Shown here: piece by piece, positions 1 through 12,039 of the stretch
Numbering within the stretch: the first letter of the stretch is position 1
Layout of the letters: every line of letters begins with the position of its first letter
NCBI GenBank assembly: GCA_030390025.1
Contig: CM059433.1
Span: 19,656,001 to 19,720,000 of the forward strand
From: Squalus acanthias
Lineage: Eukaryota
Direction of reading: 5' to 3'
Length of the DNA: 64,000 bases
Notes under the pieces: model-generated
What the model was told of the DNA's origin: nothing
Databases searched by the model: none
Seen by the model: the letters and a program-made list of their open reading frames with translations, nothing else
Position numbers and translations under genes: made by a program

Positions 1-2
1 TT

Positions 3-221
3 GCGGAACACCTCCGTTCAGTCCGTAAGGGGGACCCCGAGCTCCCGGTCGCCTGTCACTTTAATTCACCGCTTCACTCCCACTCTGACCTCACCGTCCT
101 CGGCCTATTACACTGTTCCACGGAAGCGCAGTGTAAGCTCGAGGAACAGCACCTCATCTTTCGTTTAGGCACACTACAGCCCTCTGGACTCAATATCGAG
201 TTCAACAATTTTAGATCATAA
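3..221 (+). CDS. C-terminal fragment of Penelope RT/GIY-YIG endonuclease ORF (runs off window start)
   Basis: Open frame to TAA 219-221 with PVA.HF and E..LI..L.TL.P.GLN motifs; whether the upstream part is intact cannot be seen. Confidence 0.7.
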   Translation, partial: AEHLRSVRKGDPELPVACHFNSPLHSHSDLTVLGLLHCSTEAQCKLEEQHLIFRLGTLQPSGLNIEFNNFRS

Positions 222-490
222 CCTTAGCCCCAGTCACATTTATATTTTATTTTTTCATCCACCCTTTTATTTGCCCCCCCCCCTTTTTTTTCCCTCCTAG
301 AAGCTGGCAGCTGTCCTTCATTCTGCCAATGCATTTCACACTTCTTTCAGCCTTAACCTGTCACATTAACACCACCTCTTGCCTTGAATATCTCTTAATG
401 TCTCTTAATCTCTCCTTTTGTTCTTTCATCCCCTCCCCCTTTTCCCAGCTTTATCCTTGCCTTAAATCTATTTGATTTCCTGCTGTTTCC

Positions 491-526
491 AGTTCTGATG
501 AAAGATCTCGACCTGAAACGTTAACT
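491..526 (+). ncRNA. Minimal type-I hammerhead ribozyme motif (PLE-associated)
   Basis: AGTT-CTGATGA-A-AGATC-TC-GACCT-GAAA-CGTT-AACT: stem I AGTT/AACT, intact core, stem II with one mismatch, loop-less palindromic stem III ACGT. Confidence 0.75.
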
Positions 527-1149
527 CTGTATCTCTCTCCACGGATGCTGCCTCGCCTGCTGAGTTTTTCCAGCGTTTTCTGTTGTTATTTCGGATTTCC
601 AGCATCTGCAGTATTTTGCTATCACCTTGAAGACTTGTTGCTCACATAGTTCGCATTTGCACTTACTCATTTATTTCCCTAATGCTGCAGTATGCCTATT
701 CATGGTAAACATTCAGTACTAGTCCGGTTCTCTCATGACCGTACTGCACTGGATAATCTTTTATTCATTGTTAGCATGGTTCGGCAGAGAATGATTTACG
801 GCTTTTTAGGGCAGCTTTTCTGGCACTGCTACTTGTTAAGGTGTAATGACATTCATAACATGGCTTACCTTAACTGATAAAGGAGCCGTACTGCTGGGCC
901 GGGCTGAGACCAATGTCCGAGCAGAAAGGATAAATAGGACTGTAGAAAGGACTTTAAACAAGTAATGGGGATGGGGGTGGGGGGAGAAGTTTTGGGAGAA
1001 AATAATAGTAACCTAAAGATAAGGAAAAGAAGACATGAGAGCAAAGGTTGGAATACAAAAAGAAAGATAACAGGAATATTCGAGGAACAGAAAAGGTTAT
1101 AGGAAGTAAAAATAAAATACCTGTTTTAAAAAAAACAGGAGTAATGAAA

Positions 1150-1672
1150 AATAAGACCATATTAAAATGCCTGTATTACAATGTACATCAGCAACAACAT
1201 GATGGAAATGGAGACAGTAATTAGTTGAGGAAACAGATGTAATAGGGATAATGGAAATAAGGCTGCAGACAGGACAGTATTAGCAGTTAAATATTGCAGG
1301 CTAGAATGTATTTATAAAAGATAGACGAAGAAGAAGCAGTGGTGGGAGGCTGTGTTATCAGAAATAACAAAGACAGTAGTATGAAAGGATATAAATGACA
1401 AATAGATCGAAACAACATCTATATCAATTGAGATAAAGGATAGGAAGGGATTAATCACACTATTAGGGGTATATTGAAGATCACCAAATAGTGGAAAAAA
1501 AGTGGAGGGTGAAATATGTAGGCAAATCCATGAAATGAGTAAAAAGCACAGATTCATAATTATGGGGGATTTCAACTATCCCCAAATAAACTGGCACGGA
1601 GAGGGACTGAAAGGGGAGTAGGGGATAGAGTTTTTGTAGTCTGTACGAGACTCCTTTCGAACCCAATATTTA
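1150..1672 (+). mobile_element. Decayed CR1 LINE ORF2, endonuclease region (piece 1)
   Basis: Degenerate APE motifs, e.g. GVY.RSPNS and IIMGDFNYPQINW at ~1465-1595; many stops. Confidence 0.7.
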
Positions 1673-2425
1673 AGAGGTGAGGCGAGAGTGACTGCCCTTG
1701 ACATCAAGGCAGCATTTGACCAAATGTGGCACCAAACAGCCCAAGTAAAACTGAAGTCAATGGGGATCAGGGGGAAAGCTCTCCACTGGCTGGAGTCATA
1801 CTTAGCACAAAGGAAGACGGTTGTGGTCGTTGGAGACCAATCATCTAAGCCCCAAGGTATCGCTGCAGGAGTTCCTCAGGGCAACATCCTAGGCCCAACC
1901 ATCTTCAGCTGCTTCATCAATGACCTTCCCTCCATCATAAGGTCAGAAATGGGGCAGTTCGCTGATGATTGCACAGTGTTCAGTTCCATGCTTGATCGGC
2001 ACCCCATTTGCAGGCTTAAACATCCACTCCCTCCACCATCAGCATGCCATGGCGGCAGTGTGTGCTATCTACAGGATGCACTGCAACAACTTGCTGAGGC
2101 TTCTTCGGCAGTACTTCCTAAACCCGTGACCTGCACCACCTAGAAGGACAAGCGCAGTAAGTGCATAGGAACACCGTCACCTCCACATTCGCCTCCAAGT
2201 CACACACCATCCTAATTTGGACATATATCGCCGTTCCTTCATTGCTGCTTGGCCAAAATCCTGGAACTCCCCCCATAACAGCATTGTGGGAACATGTTCA
2301 CCACACGGACTGCAGCTATTTAAAACGAAGGCCCATCAACACCTTCTCAAAGTTAACTAGGAATGGGCTATAAACGCTGGCCTTGCCAATGATGCCCACA
2401 TCCCAAGAATGAATTAAAAAAAAAT
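1673..2425 (+). mobile_element. CR1-group LINE family B fragment (RT plus 3' tail, internally deleted) inserted in the older CR1
   Basis: ORF 1688-2143 has LDIKAAFD, GVPQGNILGP and FADD RT motifs; ends in the stem-loop tail plus A-run at ~2360-2425. Confidence 0.9.
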
Positions 2426-3073
2426 AAGGTAGGAAGCACTGCTAGCCCAAGTAGTGGGAAATGAACCGGAGCAGATGAGAAGTAAGTATGGGAGAACATC
2501 TAGGTAGTAGTGATCACAAGGCAATAAGGGTTAAGATAATGATTGAGGGAGATATCGATAGTACAAAGACCAAAGTAATAGACTGGAAAAAAGCCAACTA
2601 TGAGAGAACGAGAATGGAGCTGAGGGAGGTAAACTGGAGAAAATATTGGCAGATAAAGAGGCAGAATAACAGTGGGCATAATTTAAAGAAAAGATCAATA
2701 GAGTTCAGGGGAAATATATTCTACTAAAAATTAAGAACCAACTAGCCAAGAATGAGACACCATGGATAATTAAAGAGGTGAGGATAAAATCGACTCCAAA
2801 GAAAAAGGCATATGCAAAGTACGTAAACAATGAATTAGAGGATGATGAAAAGGAAATGATGAGTTTATGAAATAGGTAAAAAGACAATTAGGAAAGCAAA
2901 CAGGAAATATGAAATGAAAATATATCAAAGAATATAAAAATAAATAGTAAATTATTCTATAGACACAAAAGTAACAAAATGGAGAATTAAAAAAGATAGG
3001 GCCACGAAGGGATGAGCAAGATAAGCTCACAGGCGATGATACTGAAAAGGCAGGTATGTTGAATAGACATTTT
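2426..3073 (+). mobile_element. Decayed CR1 LINE ORF2 (piece 2)
   Basis: GEHLGSSDH...DWKKANYE motif (ORF 2488-2727); ends ...LNRHF at the Harbinger insertion. Confidence 0.8.
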
Positions 3074-4845
3074 GGCTGGAATTTTACAGGGGGTGGCGGG
3101 GTCAGTGGGCGGGATCGGTGGCGGGTCGGGTGGGAAATGTGATTTTTTTGACAGCGGGTCGGGACCCCGCTGTTATCCCGCCGCAACACTCCTTTCCCAG
3201 TGTTGGATCTGTCAGCGCTGAGCAGACCCGACAGACAGTGGCGGGCGACCCAATTAATCTCATTAACATCTAGTTGACAGATCATTAACAGGCTTTTTTA
3301 ACTTACCTTTTCACTTTAACGTCGTGGCCATGGGAACCATGCTGATCGGGGACCACGGCTGTCAACCTGAGGCGGAGTTCAGTGGCCATTGCTCCAGCTG
3401 ATTACTTGACAGCTTCAAATATACAGTAAAAGCTCCCACCTGACAGATCATCACTTTCCTGAGCCACAAGCTGTTTCTCAGTCCATTTCCAGCACAGATT
3501 CTTCAGGCTTTCCACTTTCCACTCTCTATCCACTCTTACCTCATTGGAAGAACTCTCTCACCATTGACAGAATGCTTCTGTCATCTCTACTTCACCTGCC
3601 ATCTATTCCATCAACATTTATACTGTCTCACCTTGCTCCTCAGAATCTGACCATGATTAGCCCTAACACCAGCAGCACCAGGCACACCAGCAGCACCAAC
3701 AACAACACTAACCTTCTCTGCAATCAGCTGATGCTGCACAGGACAGCGGGCATCAGCACCCGACCACATTGCTGCCCGGGAAACCAGGGATGGCCTCACC
3801 ATGGCCAGATTTACTTCACTTGATGCTGTACACCCTGGCTGCCACATGATGCGCCAGGTTGGCACCACCCCACACCAACAACATAAAGCATCCCTACAAT
3901 GACAAAGCCATTACTTTCACGCTCAACACCATTGCGGGGGGTACCGTTATGTCTCACCATTTACTGCAACTCACTAAGCCACTTCCAAAGGTGCACACAA
4001 ATCTGTCCAAGAACGGAAAGTGTTGAAAATAAAGGTTTCAATGTTTGACAGCACATTAACAGAAACTTTCCATAAACATTGGATAAAACACCCAAGTGGC
4101 TACCCTTATGTGTTGTTAGTTGGTATGATGACACTAGGATAAGGGTGAGTGTGAGAGGTGGCTAGTGAGATGGAGATGTGATAATGTAGATAGAGAGAGA
4201 GGGATGGGTGGACGTGCAAGGTAAGTTGGTGTGAGTAAGGATGTGCAGGAGTAGTGTAGAGAAGGCAGAGTGATGGGGATGTGATGAGAGGCACAACAGA
4301 ATGAAGGTGAGTGTGGCTTTGTACTAACATTTTGTGATCTAATGAGATCGTTGAAAGGTTTCCGCCATTGCACCCAGGTCCTCCTGACGACATCCCTGCC
4401 TGTGACCTCCTCTGCAATGTGCAACCAGGATGTATTGGTCTCCTCGGGAGGTCTCTTCTGCCCAACAGAAGGGAAGAGGACCTCCCTGCGTGCTCTGACT
4501 CCCTCCATAAGCATATGGAGGGAGTCATGGGTGAGCCTGAGTGCAGCCGTGCAGCTCTGTGCAGACATTGCCAGCGTTTGTAGCACTTCAATGCTGTAGA
4601 ACACTGACAGCACAAATGTTAAAAGTTGGCCATGGTCCCTTTAAGGAAACCGGCTGATGACACATCATGAATGACGTCACCAGACTCGCATCCTCTAATT
4701 GGGCCTGGGAAACATGCTGGGTGGGCTTAACAAGCCCGATCAACGGAAAATCACTTTCCAGAGTGGGATGGAGCCAGAAGCGGGGTCGGAGCCAGCCACC
4801 ATCATCACCTGCTCCGGACCCGCCAAGGTAAGGAAAATCTCGGCC
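3074..4845 (-). mobile_element. Non-autonomous PIF/Harbinger transposon with Myb/SANT exon
   Basis: Ends GGCTGGAATTTT / AAAATCTCGGCC; TSD TTT/TTA (one mismatch). It splits the CR1 motif NRHF|ASVFTEE. Confidence 0.85.
4329..4568 (-). pseudogene. Harbinger Myb/SANT-like (trihelix) DNA-binding protein, exon 1
   Basis: MSAQ...LMEGVRARREVLFP...WLHIAEEV...RTWVQWRKPFNDLIRS, followed by donor-like GTTAGT; downstream exons not seen. Confidence 0.75.
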
Positions 4846-5625
4846 TTAGCCTCAGTTTTCACTGAAGAGGCTGACAAAGAGGAATGACGCTAGTAGAAGT
4901 CAAGAGGAATATTACAACAGTTAAGATAGAAAGAAAGAAGATATTAGACAAACTTATGGATGACAAAGCCCCAGCTCCTGATGGATTGCACCTGTGAATA
5001 CTCAAAGAAACTAGGGAGGAGGTAACAGTGGCACTACCGCCCATATATAAAAATTCAATAGAAAAAGGAATAATGCGAGAGGACTGGCGGACGGAAAATT
5101 TAATTCCTATCTTCAAAAAGGGAGCTGAAACTAATCCAGGGAACTATACAGACCAGTTGGCTTAGCATCAGTGGTAATGAAGATATGAGAATCTTTGCTG
5201 AAAGGTGCGATAACAAAACATCTAGGTATGGAGAATATAATAAAAAAAGTAGGCAGTATGGATTTCGAAAAGGAAGGTCAGGTTTAACTGACCTTATTGA
5301 ATTCTTTAAAGAAGAACCAGAAAGAGTAGACAAGGGCAATACAGTGGACGTGGTATATATGGACTTTCATAAGACTTTTCATTAGGTGCCACATAAAAGG
5401 CTCATGACAAAGCGCATGTGGAGTCAGGGGCTAGATAGTAGAATGGATTGAAAGATGGTTACGATACAGAAAACAGAGGGCAGGAGTTAAGGGAGGTTAC
5501 TGGGACTGGCAGAAAGTGGGAAGTGATGTCCTGAACTGGGACTACAGTTGTTTACCATATACATAAATTATTTGGATTCAGGAATTGGAAGTATGGTGTA
5601 AAATTTGCAGATGATACCAAATCGT
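4846..5625 (+). mobile_element. Decayed CR1 LINE ORF2, RT region (piece 3)
   Basis: ASVFTEE, KAPAPDGLH, QYGFRKGRS.LTDLIEFF, VDVVYMDF and KFADDTK remnants. Confidence 0.85.
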
Positions 5626-5930
5626 ACCATTTCCCTTCCTATTTCTTAGCTATATCCATATGGATTCTATCTTAATGCAACCCCTAGGACAGACATCCTT
5701 ATGTTCTAGCACTGTGCTAAGAGCCTTAACTAATGTTCACACCCCACCCTCTTTTTTGCTGCTCCATCCATTTGTAACCAGGAATCTTAGGCTGCCAGTA
5801 CTGCCTTAGGCCAAGCCATATCTCTGTTAATGCTATTATATCGTAGCCCGTCCCTGCAGCAATGGATGCCTCCAGATCACCAATTTTATTTGCAATACAA
5901 TACTTTGTGAATTTACATACATATAACTCA
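5626..5930 (-). mobile_element. Decayed CR1 endonuclease-region fragment
   Basis: Reverse complement resembles the start of CR1 ORF2 (similar to 1160-1450); heavily mutated. Confidence 0.45.
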
Positions 5931-6848
5931 AATCTCCCTCTGCCTATTTAGCAATCTTACTCATTTTCCTTCCTCCTCCTGTTTTCTTGAAGTCAATGGA
6001 AATAAAAATCTGGAGAGATGTAAAACAGGCTGCCAACGTTTTATACTATCAAACAATGTCAAGATCTACCCCACTATTTCATGGTTCAGCCTGTCCTTTT
6101 CCTTAGTCTTTTGTCATTGGAAATGGCCTGTTCTGTGAGTCTTGAATCTGTACCTTGGTTTTTCAATTTTAAAAATGTCACGTAGAGGGAACAATGGAAA
6201 ACCTGCGAAAACCTTGGTAAACTGCTCACTTAATTTCTTTTCTATTTGTTTATAATGCATTCTAAGAGTGGTGCCACAGTTCTTCAAATCGGCACTCAAT
6301 ATATTATTACATTATGCTTCAATACGTTACAGCTGTAATTATGTCAATGCTTATTTATAAGCCCACTGGAGAAGCAATTTAGGATGATTTAAAGAGGTAA
6401 CATAATGCAGGTGCTACATCCTTTATGCTTTCTCATAAAGAATGTCTTTTTAGATTACAGGCTTGAAATGCAACTGATGCTATGAGTATCTTGCAAAAGA
6501 GCGTAACCAGTACCAGTTCTATCAAATGTCATTATTACTTAAGGAAACAGAAGCGGCAGTTATAATAAGACAAATCCAAGCACAATTAAGAATAAACTGA
6601 CAATGCGCTGAAACTGGTCCAAATAGCAATGCTTTTATTAATTGTACAAATTTCAAAAAGAAATGAGACACTGAATGAACTTTAACCTTTAACGATAACG
6701 AGTTTTTTTTTTCAAATTAATCACCCAATGTGTCCAATAGTGGTCGTGTATAGTATACATGATGTGGAGATGCCGGCGTTGGACTGGGGTGGACAAAAAT
6801 GAGAAGTCGCACAACACCAGGTTATAGTCCAACAGATTTATTTAAAAT

Positions 6849-6884
6849 TACAAGCTTTCGGAGCTGTCGCCCCTTCCTCAGGTA
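6849..6884 (-). ncRNA. Minimal type-I hammerhead ribozyme motif
   Basis: Reverse complement of 7760-7795. Confidence 0.8.
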
Positions 6885-7759
6885 GAGTTACTGTGAGACA
6901 ATCTACCAGAATTCACAGAATATAAACACAGAGAAAATGCGATTCAATCTTTCCCTACATCAAAGACACACTAAGAGCACAGCCAAGACAATGAGATGTG
7001 TCCCAGGGGGTCCAACGTGTCAAAACACCTGCTGGCTGCATATCCTCTCCATTTGGGTTTGTTTCTTGTGTTTGTTTCTTGTGTTTGTTTTTTTAAAAAG
7101 CTGGAAAGACCGGCAACGATGTCAAGTCACGTTCTGTATCGTGACATGAACCCGATATCCCGATTGAGGCCGTCCTCATGAGTGCGGAACTTGGCTATCA
7201 GTTTCTGCTCGATGATTTTGCGTTGCAGTAAAGGATGCCCCAGAGCATGGTACATCGGCGAGACCATGCAGACACTGAGACAACGTATGAACGGACACCG
7301 CGCAACAATCGCCAGGCAGGAGGGTTGCCTCCCAGTCGGGGAACACTTCAGCAGTCAAGGGCATTCAGCCTCGGATCTGCGGGTTAGCGTTCTCCAAGGC
7401 GGCCTTTGGGATACATGACAACGCAAAATCATCGAGCAGAAACTGATAGCCAAGTTCTGCACTCATGAGGACGGCCTCAATTGGGATATCGGGTTCATGT
7501 CACGATACAGAACGTGACTTGACATCGTTGCCGGTCTTTCCAGCTTTTTAAAAAAACAAACACAAGAAACAAACACAAGAAACAAACCCAAATGGAGAGG
7601 ATATGCAGCCAGCAGGTGTTTTGACACGTTGGACCCCCTGGGACACATCTCATTGTCTTGGCTGTGCTCTTAGTGTGTCTTTGATGTAGGGAAAGATTGA
7701 ATCGCATTTTCTCTGTGTTTATATTCTGTGAATTCTGGTAGATTGTCTCACAGTAACTC

Positions 7760-7795
7760 TACCTGAGGAAGGGGCGACAGCTCCGAAAGCTTGTA
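7760..7795 (+). ncRNA. Minimal type-I hammerhead ribozyme motif
   Basis: TAC-CTGAGGA-A-GGGGC-GACA-GCTCC-GAAA-GCTT-GTA: stem I TAC/GTA, core CUGANGA/GAAA, 5-bp stem II, palindromic AAGCTT stem III. Confidence 0.8.
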
Positions 7796-7934
7796 ATTTT
7801 AAATAAATCTGTTGGACTATAACCTGGTGTTGTGCGACTTCTCATTTTTGTGTATAGTATAGACAGTGGGAGACAGTGAAATACTTGTTTTGTTCCAGCA
7901 ATCATTATAGTGAGTTACGAAGGTCTTCCTGATT

Positions 7935-8070
7935 CAACAACAACAATAACTTGTATTTATATAGCGCCTTTAACATAGTAAAATGCCCCAAGACGCCTCA
8001 CAGGAGTATTATAAGACAAAAAGTTTGACACCGAGCCATCTAAGAAGAAATTAGGGCGGGTGACCAAAAC
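7935..8070 (-). mobile_element. L2 LINE 3' tail fragment
   Basis: CAACAACAA...TTTATATAGCGCCTTTAAC...TTTGACACCGAGCCA matches the L2 3' end at 21325-21420. Confidence 0.7.
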
Positions 8071-8232
8071 AATCTGATCCCAATATTACTACTCTGTCTG
8101 TTCTCAATTTTAAACAACTTATAAACGGTTTGGGATACAGTGGTTTCAGTTTAATACATCAACAACCTTTATTAGAAAATTTATGAAACATGTAATTTAT
8201 TTCTTATTGCTCAGGGTGATATTCTATCAATT

Positions 8233-9283
8233 GAAGGCATTGGAGTCATACCTAGCACAAAGGAAGATGGTTGTGGTTGTTGGAGGCCAATCATCTTATC
8301 CCCAGGACATCGCTGCAGGAGTTCCTCAAGGCAGTGTCCTCGGCCCAACCATCTTCAGCTGATTCATCAATGACCTTCCCTCCATCATAAGGTCAGAAGT
8401 GGGGATGTTCGCTGATGATTGCACAGTGTTCAGTTCCATTCGGAACTCTTCAGATAATGAAGCAGTCCATGCCCGCATGCAGCAAGACCTGGGCAACATT
8501 CAGGCTTGTACTGGTAAGTGGCAAGTAATATCTGTGCCACAGAAGTGCCAGGCAATGACCATCTCCAACAACTGAGAGTCTAACCACCTCCTTTTGACAT
8601 TCAACGGCATTACCATCGCCGAATCCCCCACCATCAACATCCTGGGGGTCACCATTGACCAGAAACTTAACTGGACCAGCCACATAAATACTGTGGCTCC
8701 AAGAGCAGGTCAAAGGCTGGGTATTCTGCGGCGAGTGTCTCACCTCCTGACTCCCCAAAAGCCTTTCCACCATCTACAAGGCACAAGTCAGGAGTGTGAT
8801 GGAATACTCTCCACTTGCCTGGATGAGTGCAGCTCCAACAACACTCAAGCAGCTCAACTCATCCAGGACAAAGCAGCCCGCTTGATTGGCACCCCATCCA
8901 CCACCATAAAGATTCACTCTCTCTACCACTGGCCTACCGTGGCTGCAGTGTGTACCATCTACAAGATGCACTGCAGCAACTCGCCAAGGTTTCTTCGGCA
9001 GCACCTCCCAAACCCGCGACCTCTTCCACCTAGAAGGACAAGATCAGCAGGCGCATTGGAACACCACCACCTCCAAGTTCCTCTCCAAGTTACACACCAT
9101 CCCTGACTTGGAAGTATATCGCTGTTCCTTCATCATCGCTGGGTCAAAATCCTGGAACTCCCTCCCTAACAGCACTGTGGGAATACCTTCATCTCACAGA
9201 CTGCAGCAGTTCAAGAAAGCTGCTCACCACCACCTTCTCAAGGAAAATTAGGGATGGGCAATAAATGAATGAATAAAAAAAAA
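8233..9283 (+). mobile_element. CR1-group LINE family B, 5'-truncated
   Basis: GVPQGSVLGP and FADDC motifs; ORF 8594-9106 (ILGVTIDQKLNWTSHIN); A-rich tail; homologous to 1673-2425 and 14100-14794. Confidence 0.92.
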
Positions 9284-9757
9284 TGACAGTCACATCTTTT
9301 TGAAACTGATTCCCGTAACAGACCCACATCAGACAGTATAAATCAGTTGCAAATTCAGTGCTTAGATAGAAACACGGTTACCTCCTTTGTACCTACTTGC
9401 ATAAAGGCAAGCCCGATTCAGAGCAAATCACTTACTGTATGCAAGACTGAGAAAAAAGTGATCGGATTCCAGTCTGTAACGAAGTACCGTGTTATAATTT
9501 TTTACAGTCCATTGCAGCTTGCCTTGTAAAATATGATCGACTTTAAGCAAGTGTGCACGGGTATCAACAGTAAATTGGGTGAAATCGATACTCTTTTCTA
9601 ATCTATTTAAACTCTATTGATACTGATCAAATTAGCTTTTTAAAGTATGAAGATGGGAAACCTGCATGAATTGTTTAGCTCTTCTACTTTTGTGGTAATG
9701 TAACATGTTGCTCTGTCCTGTGCTCGGACCCGACACCTCAGATCAGTATTGGACATT

Positions 9758-10521
9758 GGCCCGAAAATTAGACCTAATGCGGGAGAGTACGCACTGTGTA
9801 CTCTCGCGTATTAGGTCCCGAAGTGCCGGTTTCCTGCATGCACTGCGCATGCGCGGGAAACCGGCACTTCGTGTATGGCAAAGGGGGCGGTTCCTAAGTG
9901 AACCGCGTGCGCGCTACAGGTTGTGCGCACGCAGCACACTTAGTTTTTTTTTCAGGTTTGAACACGCAGGTAAGTGTTGAAGATTTTACACATAAAGAAA
10001 GCAGGCGTAAGACCCCCTTTTAACAAGGTAAGTAGTTAATTAAGTATTATTTTAAATTTTTTTCAACAGGTTTATCTTTTTTAGAGACTTTAAAGAAAGG
10101 TAAGTTTATTTTTATAACTTTTAAAAAGAATTTAAATTTTTTCAAAAATTTACATTTTTGTTTAAAGTGGTTAATTTATTTAACTATAGTTATTTTATTA
10201 ATGTGATGGCTTTTTTAAAATTTAATTGAGGTTTAGCTGTTCTTTTGGGGGCTTGTTGTATTCATAGTTTTGACAGCTCTTGCTGTCAAAACTATGAATG
10301 AAAGATGGTGTGCTGCCATTGGCTCTAACTGGCCCACGTGATCCCAGAGGTCGCATCGCACTAACTGCGCCTCTGGGACACGCACACACTGCGCACCGGC
10401 ACCAGGGAGAGGCCCAGGAACTTAAGTTCGTGTGAGCCAAAACCATAAAGGTAGGCGCGGAGTGCGATATCGCGGGGGATCCTTACCCCCGCGGCAACCA
10501 TCGAACTCCAATTTCTGGGCC
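9758..10521. mobile_element. Harbinger-type MITE, family M1
   Basis: TIR GGCCCGAAAATT / AATTTCTGGGCC; TSD ATT (9755-9757, 10522-10524); inverted sibling at 23139-23880. Confidence 0.85.
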
Positions 10522-11234
10522 ATTGTCTATGCTGCTTCTGACTCTCCGCTATGCTCGCTGTGGTGTATTCAAATGAGTTCTCCAAAGAATTTGGCGGAAT
10601 TCGCCACCGGAGGATGGGGCAGCACAATGGTCTAATTTATGCTGTTCCAGGAAAATACGGGCCATTGTTAAGCTATTTTATTTGCTTTGCTGGAAGAGTA
10701 CCAAGCATAGTCTTGCTCCAGTGCACACTTTTAGAAAAGATTGTGGCCAGGGATCTGCAGTTTCAGTGTGAAAATGATCAGAAACTAATCAAATCGTGCA
10801 GCTGTGCCTGTAGTCTGCTGGTATGCATTCGGCAAGGATTTATTGGCCCAGAATTTGCTGGATTTGGGCATCTCGTGGTGTACGCCGTGATATGGATCTT
10901 TTTCCCTCACCCTTCAACTAGAATTATTTTTGCGCACAAATTGCTGTATGTGCAAACTGATAACAGCGAGGGCAGCGGGGCATCTGACCAGTGGGACCAA
11001 TAGTCTATGAAAACGTCCAACCACATGGCACTATAAATAGCTGAAAACAGACCCAATCAATTCAGTTATGGTGTGGCACTGAGAGCTGAGTGACCTGTAT
11101 CTTTTGAGATGACCTAAAACTAACTTTAAAAAGTTACTAAAATGTGTAAAAACTTTTTTTAAAACCATTTTACAAAGCAGCAGAAAGGAATTAACAGTGT
11201 TTTGCATATGCACTTTTCCACAGAAAAACCAAAG

Positions 11235-11936
11235 ATGTCTCAAGAAAAGACAAAGGAAAAGAAGAGGTCACACAACTTTGGAGACGATGACCTACATGCA
11301 CTCTTGGACGAGGTGGAGTTGAGGCATCTGCGGCTGTTTCGGCAACAAGAGGTCCAGGGCGGCACGCAAAATGAGCATGGCGGTATGGAAGGAGGTGGCA
11401 GATGGCCTCACTGTGACTTCCACGGTCGCAAGGACAGTGGAGCAGTGTCGAAAAAAATTCAATGACCTGACCAGAGCTAGTAAGGTGTGTTCAGACATTT
11501 TCAGATTCAGATTTTTAAAACATCGTTACTTTTTGATTCACTCCATGTAAGCCAGAGTTTGTTCGTAAGTAGTAAGGGATCAATCCAATGTCAATTGGTC
11601 ATAAAAGTCAGTTGCCATTGGGGGCAGTCTTCACTAAATGGTTTTTCAGATCTCTTATCTGTACTGCAGAGATAAGACGTGTGAAAAACCACTTAGTGAA
11701 GTAATTCTTCATTATGATGCATGTCCCTACCTTCCCCAGCAAGAGCCACAAACTAATTTTTCATCTCTTTCTGCCTGTGTAGGGCAAGCTGGCTCATAAT
11801 GCACGGGAGTGGACAATGATACATGGGGGTATTCCATTCCTGAAAGAACTTACCTCCCATGAGGATAGGGCCCTGCAGTTGCAGGGTTACAAGAGTGTAG
11901 CGTCTGAGACCCAATCAGACATTGGATTCAGGCAAG
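11235..11936 (+). pseudogene. Harbinger Myb/SANT protein, exons 11235-11484 and 11783-11936, frameshifted
   Basis: KRSHNFGDDDLHALLDEVE / WKEVADGL...RTVEQCRKKFNDLTRASK|gt ... ag|GKLAHNARE...LTSHEDRALQL|gtgagt; frameshift at ~11355. Confidence 0.8.
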
Positions 11937-12039
11937 GTGAGTGTCACTTCTCTTGCTTTGGATAGGAGACAAAGAAGGTTTATGCATTGCATGTGTTCCA
12001 TGGGCTGCATATTTAAAACCTCTTTTGTGGCTGCAGGGT

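Larger units (their letters stand above)
1..633 (+). mobile_element. Penelope-like retroelement (family P1), 3' part: GIY-YIG C-terminus plus pseudo-LTR
   Basis: Frame 3 (3-221) reads AEHLRSVRKGDPELPVACHFNS...LEEQHLIFRLGTLQPSGLNIEFNNFRS*, typical of PLE endonuclease C-termini. Downstream 407-590 matches 39308-39490 and contains a hammerhead core. Confidence 0.85.
6758..7849. mobile_element. Palindromic Penelope-like insertion (family P2): inverted pLTR, GIY-YIG fragment, forward pLTR
   Basis: 433-bp inverted arms 6793-7225 and 7419-7851; spacer encodes CSKGCPRAWYIGETMQTLRQRMNGHR...PVGEHF; 12-bp TSD GTGTATAGTATA at 6746-6757 and 7850-7861. Confidence 0.92.

Noticed and set aside
6937..7707. 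Paired near-identical ORFs on opposite strands
   Set aside because: A trivial consequence of the Penelope inverted repeat.
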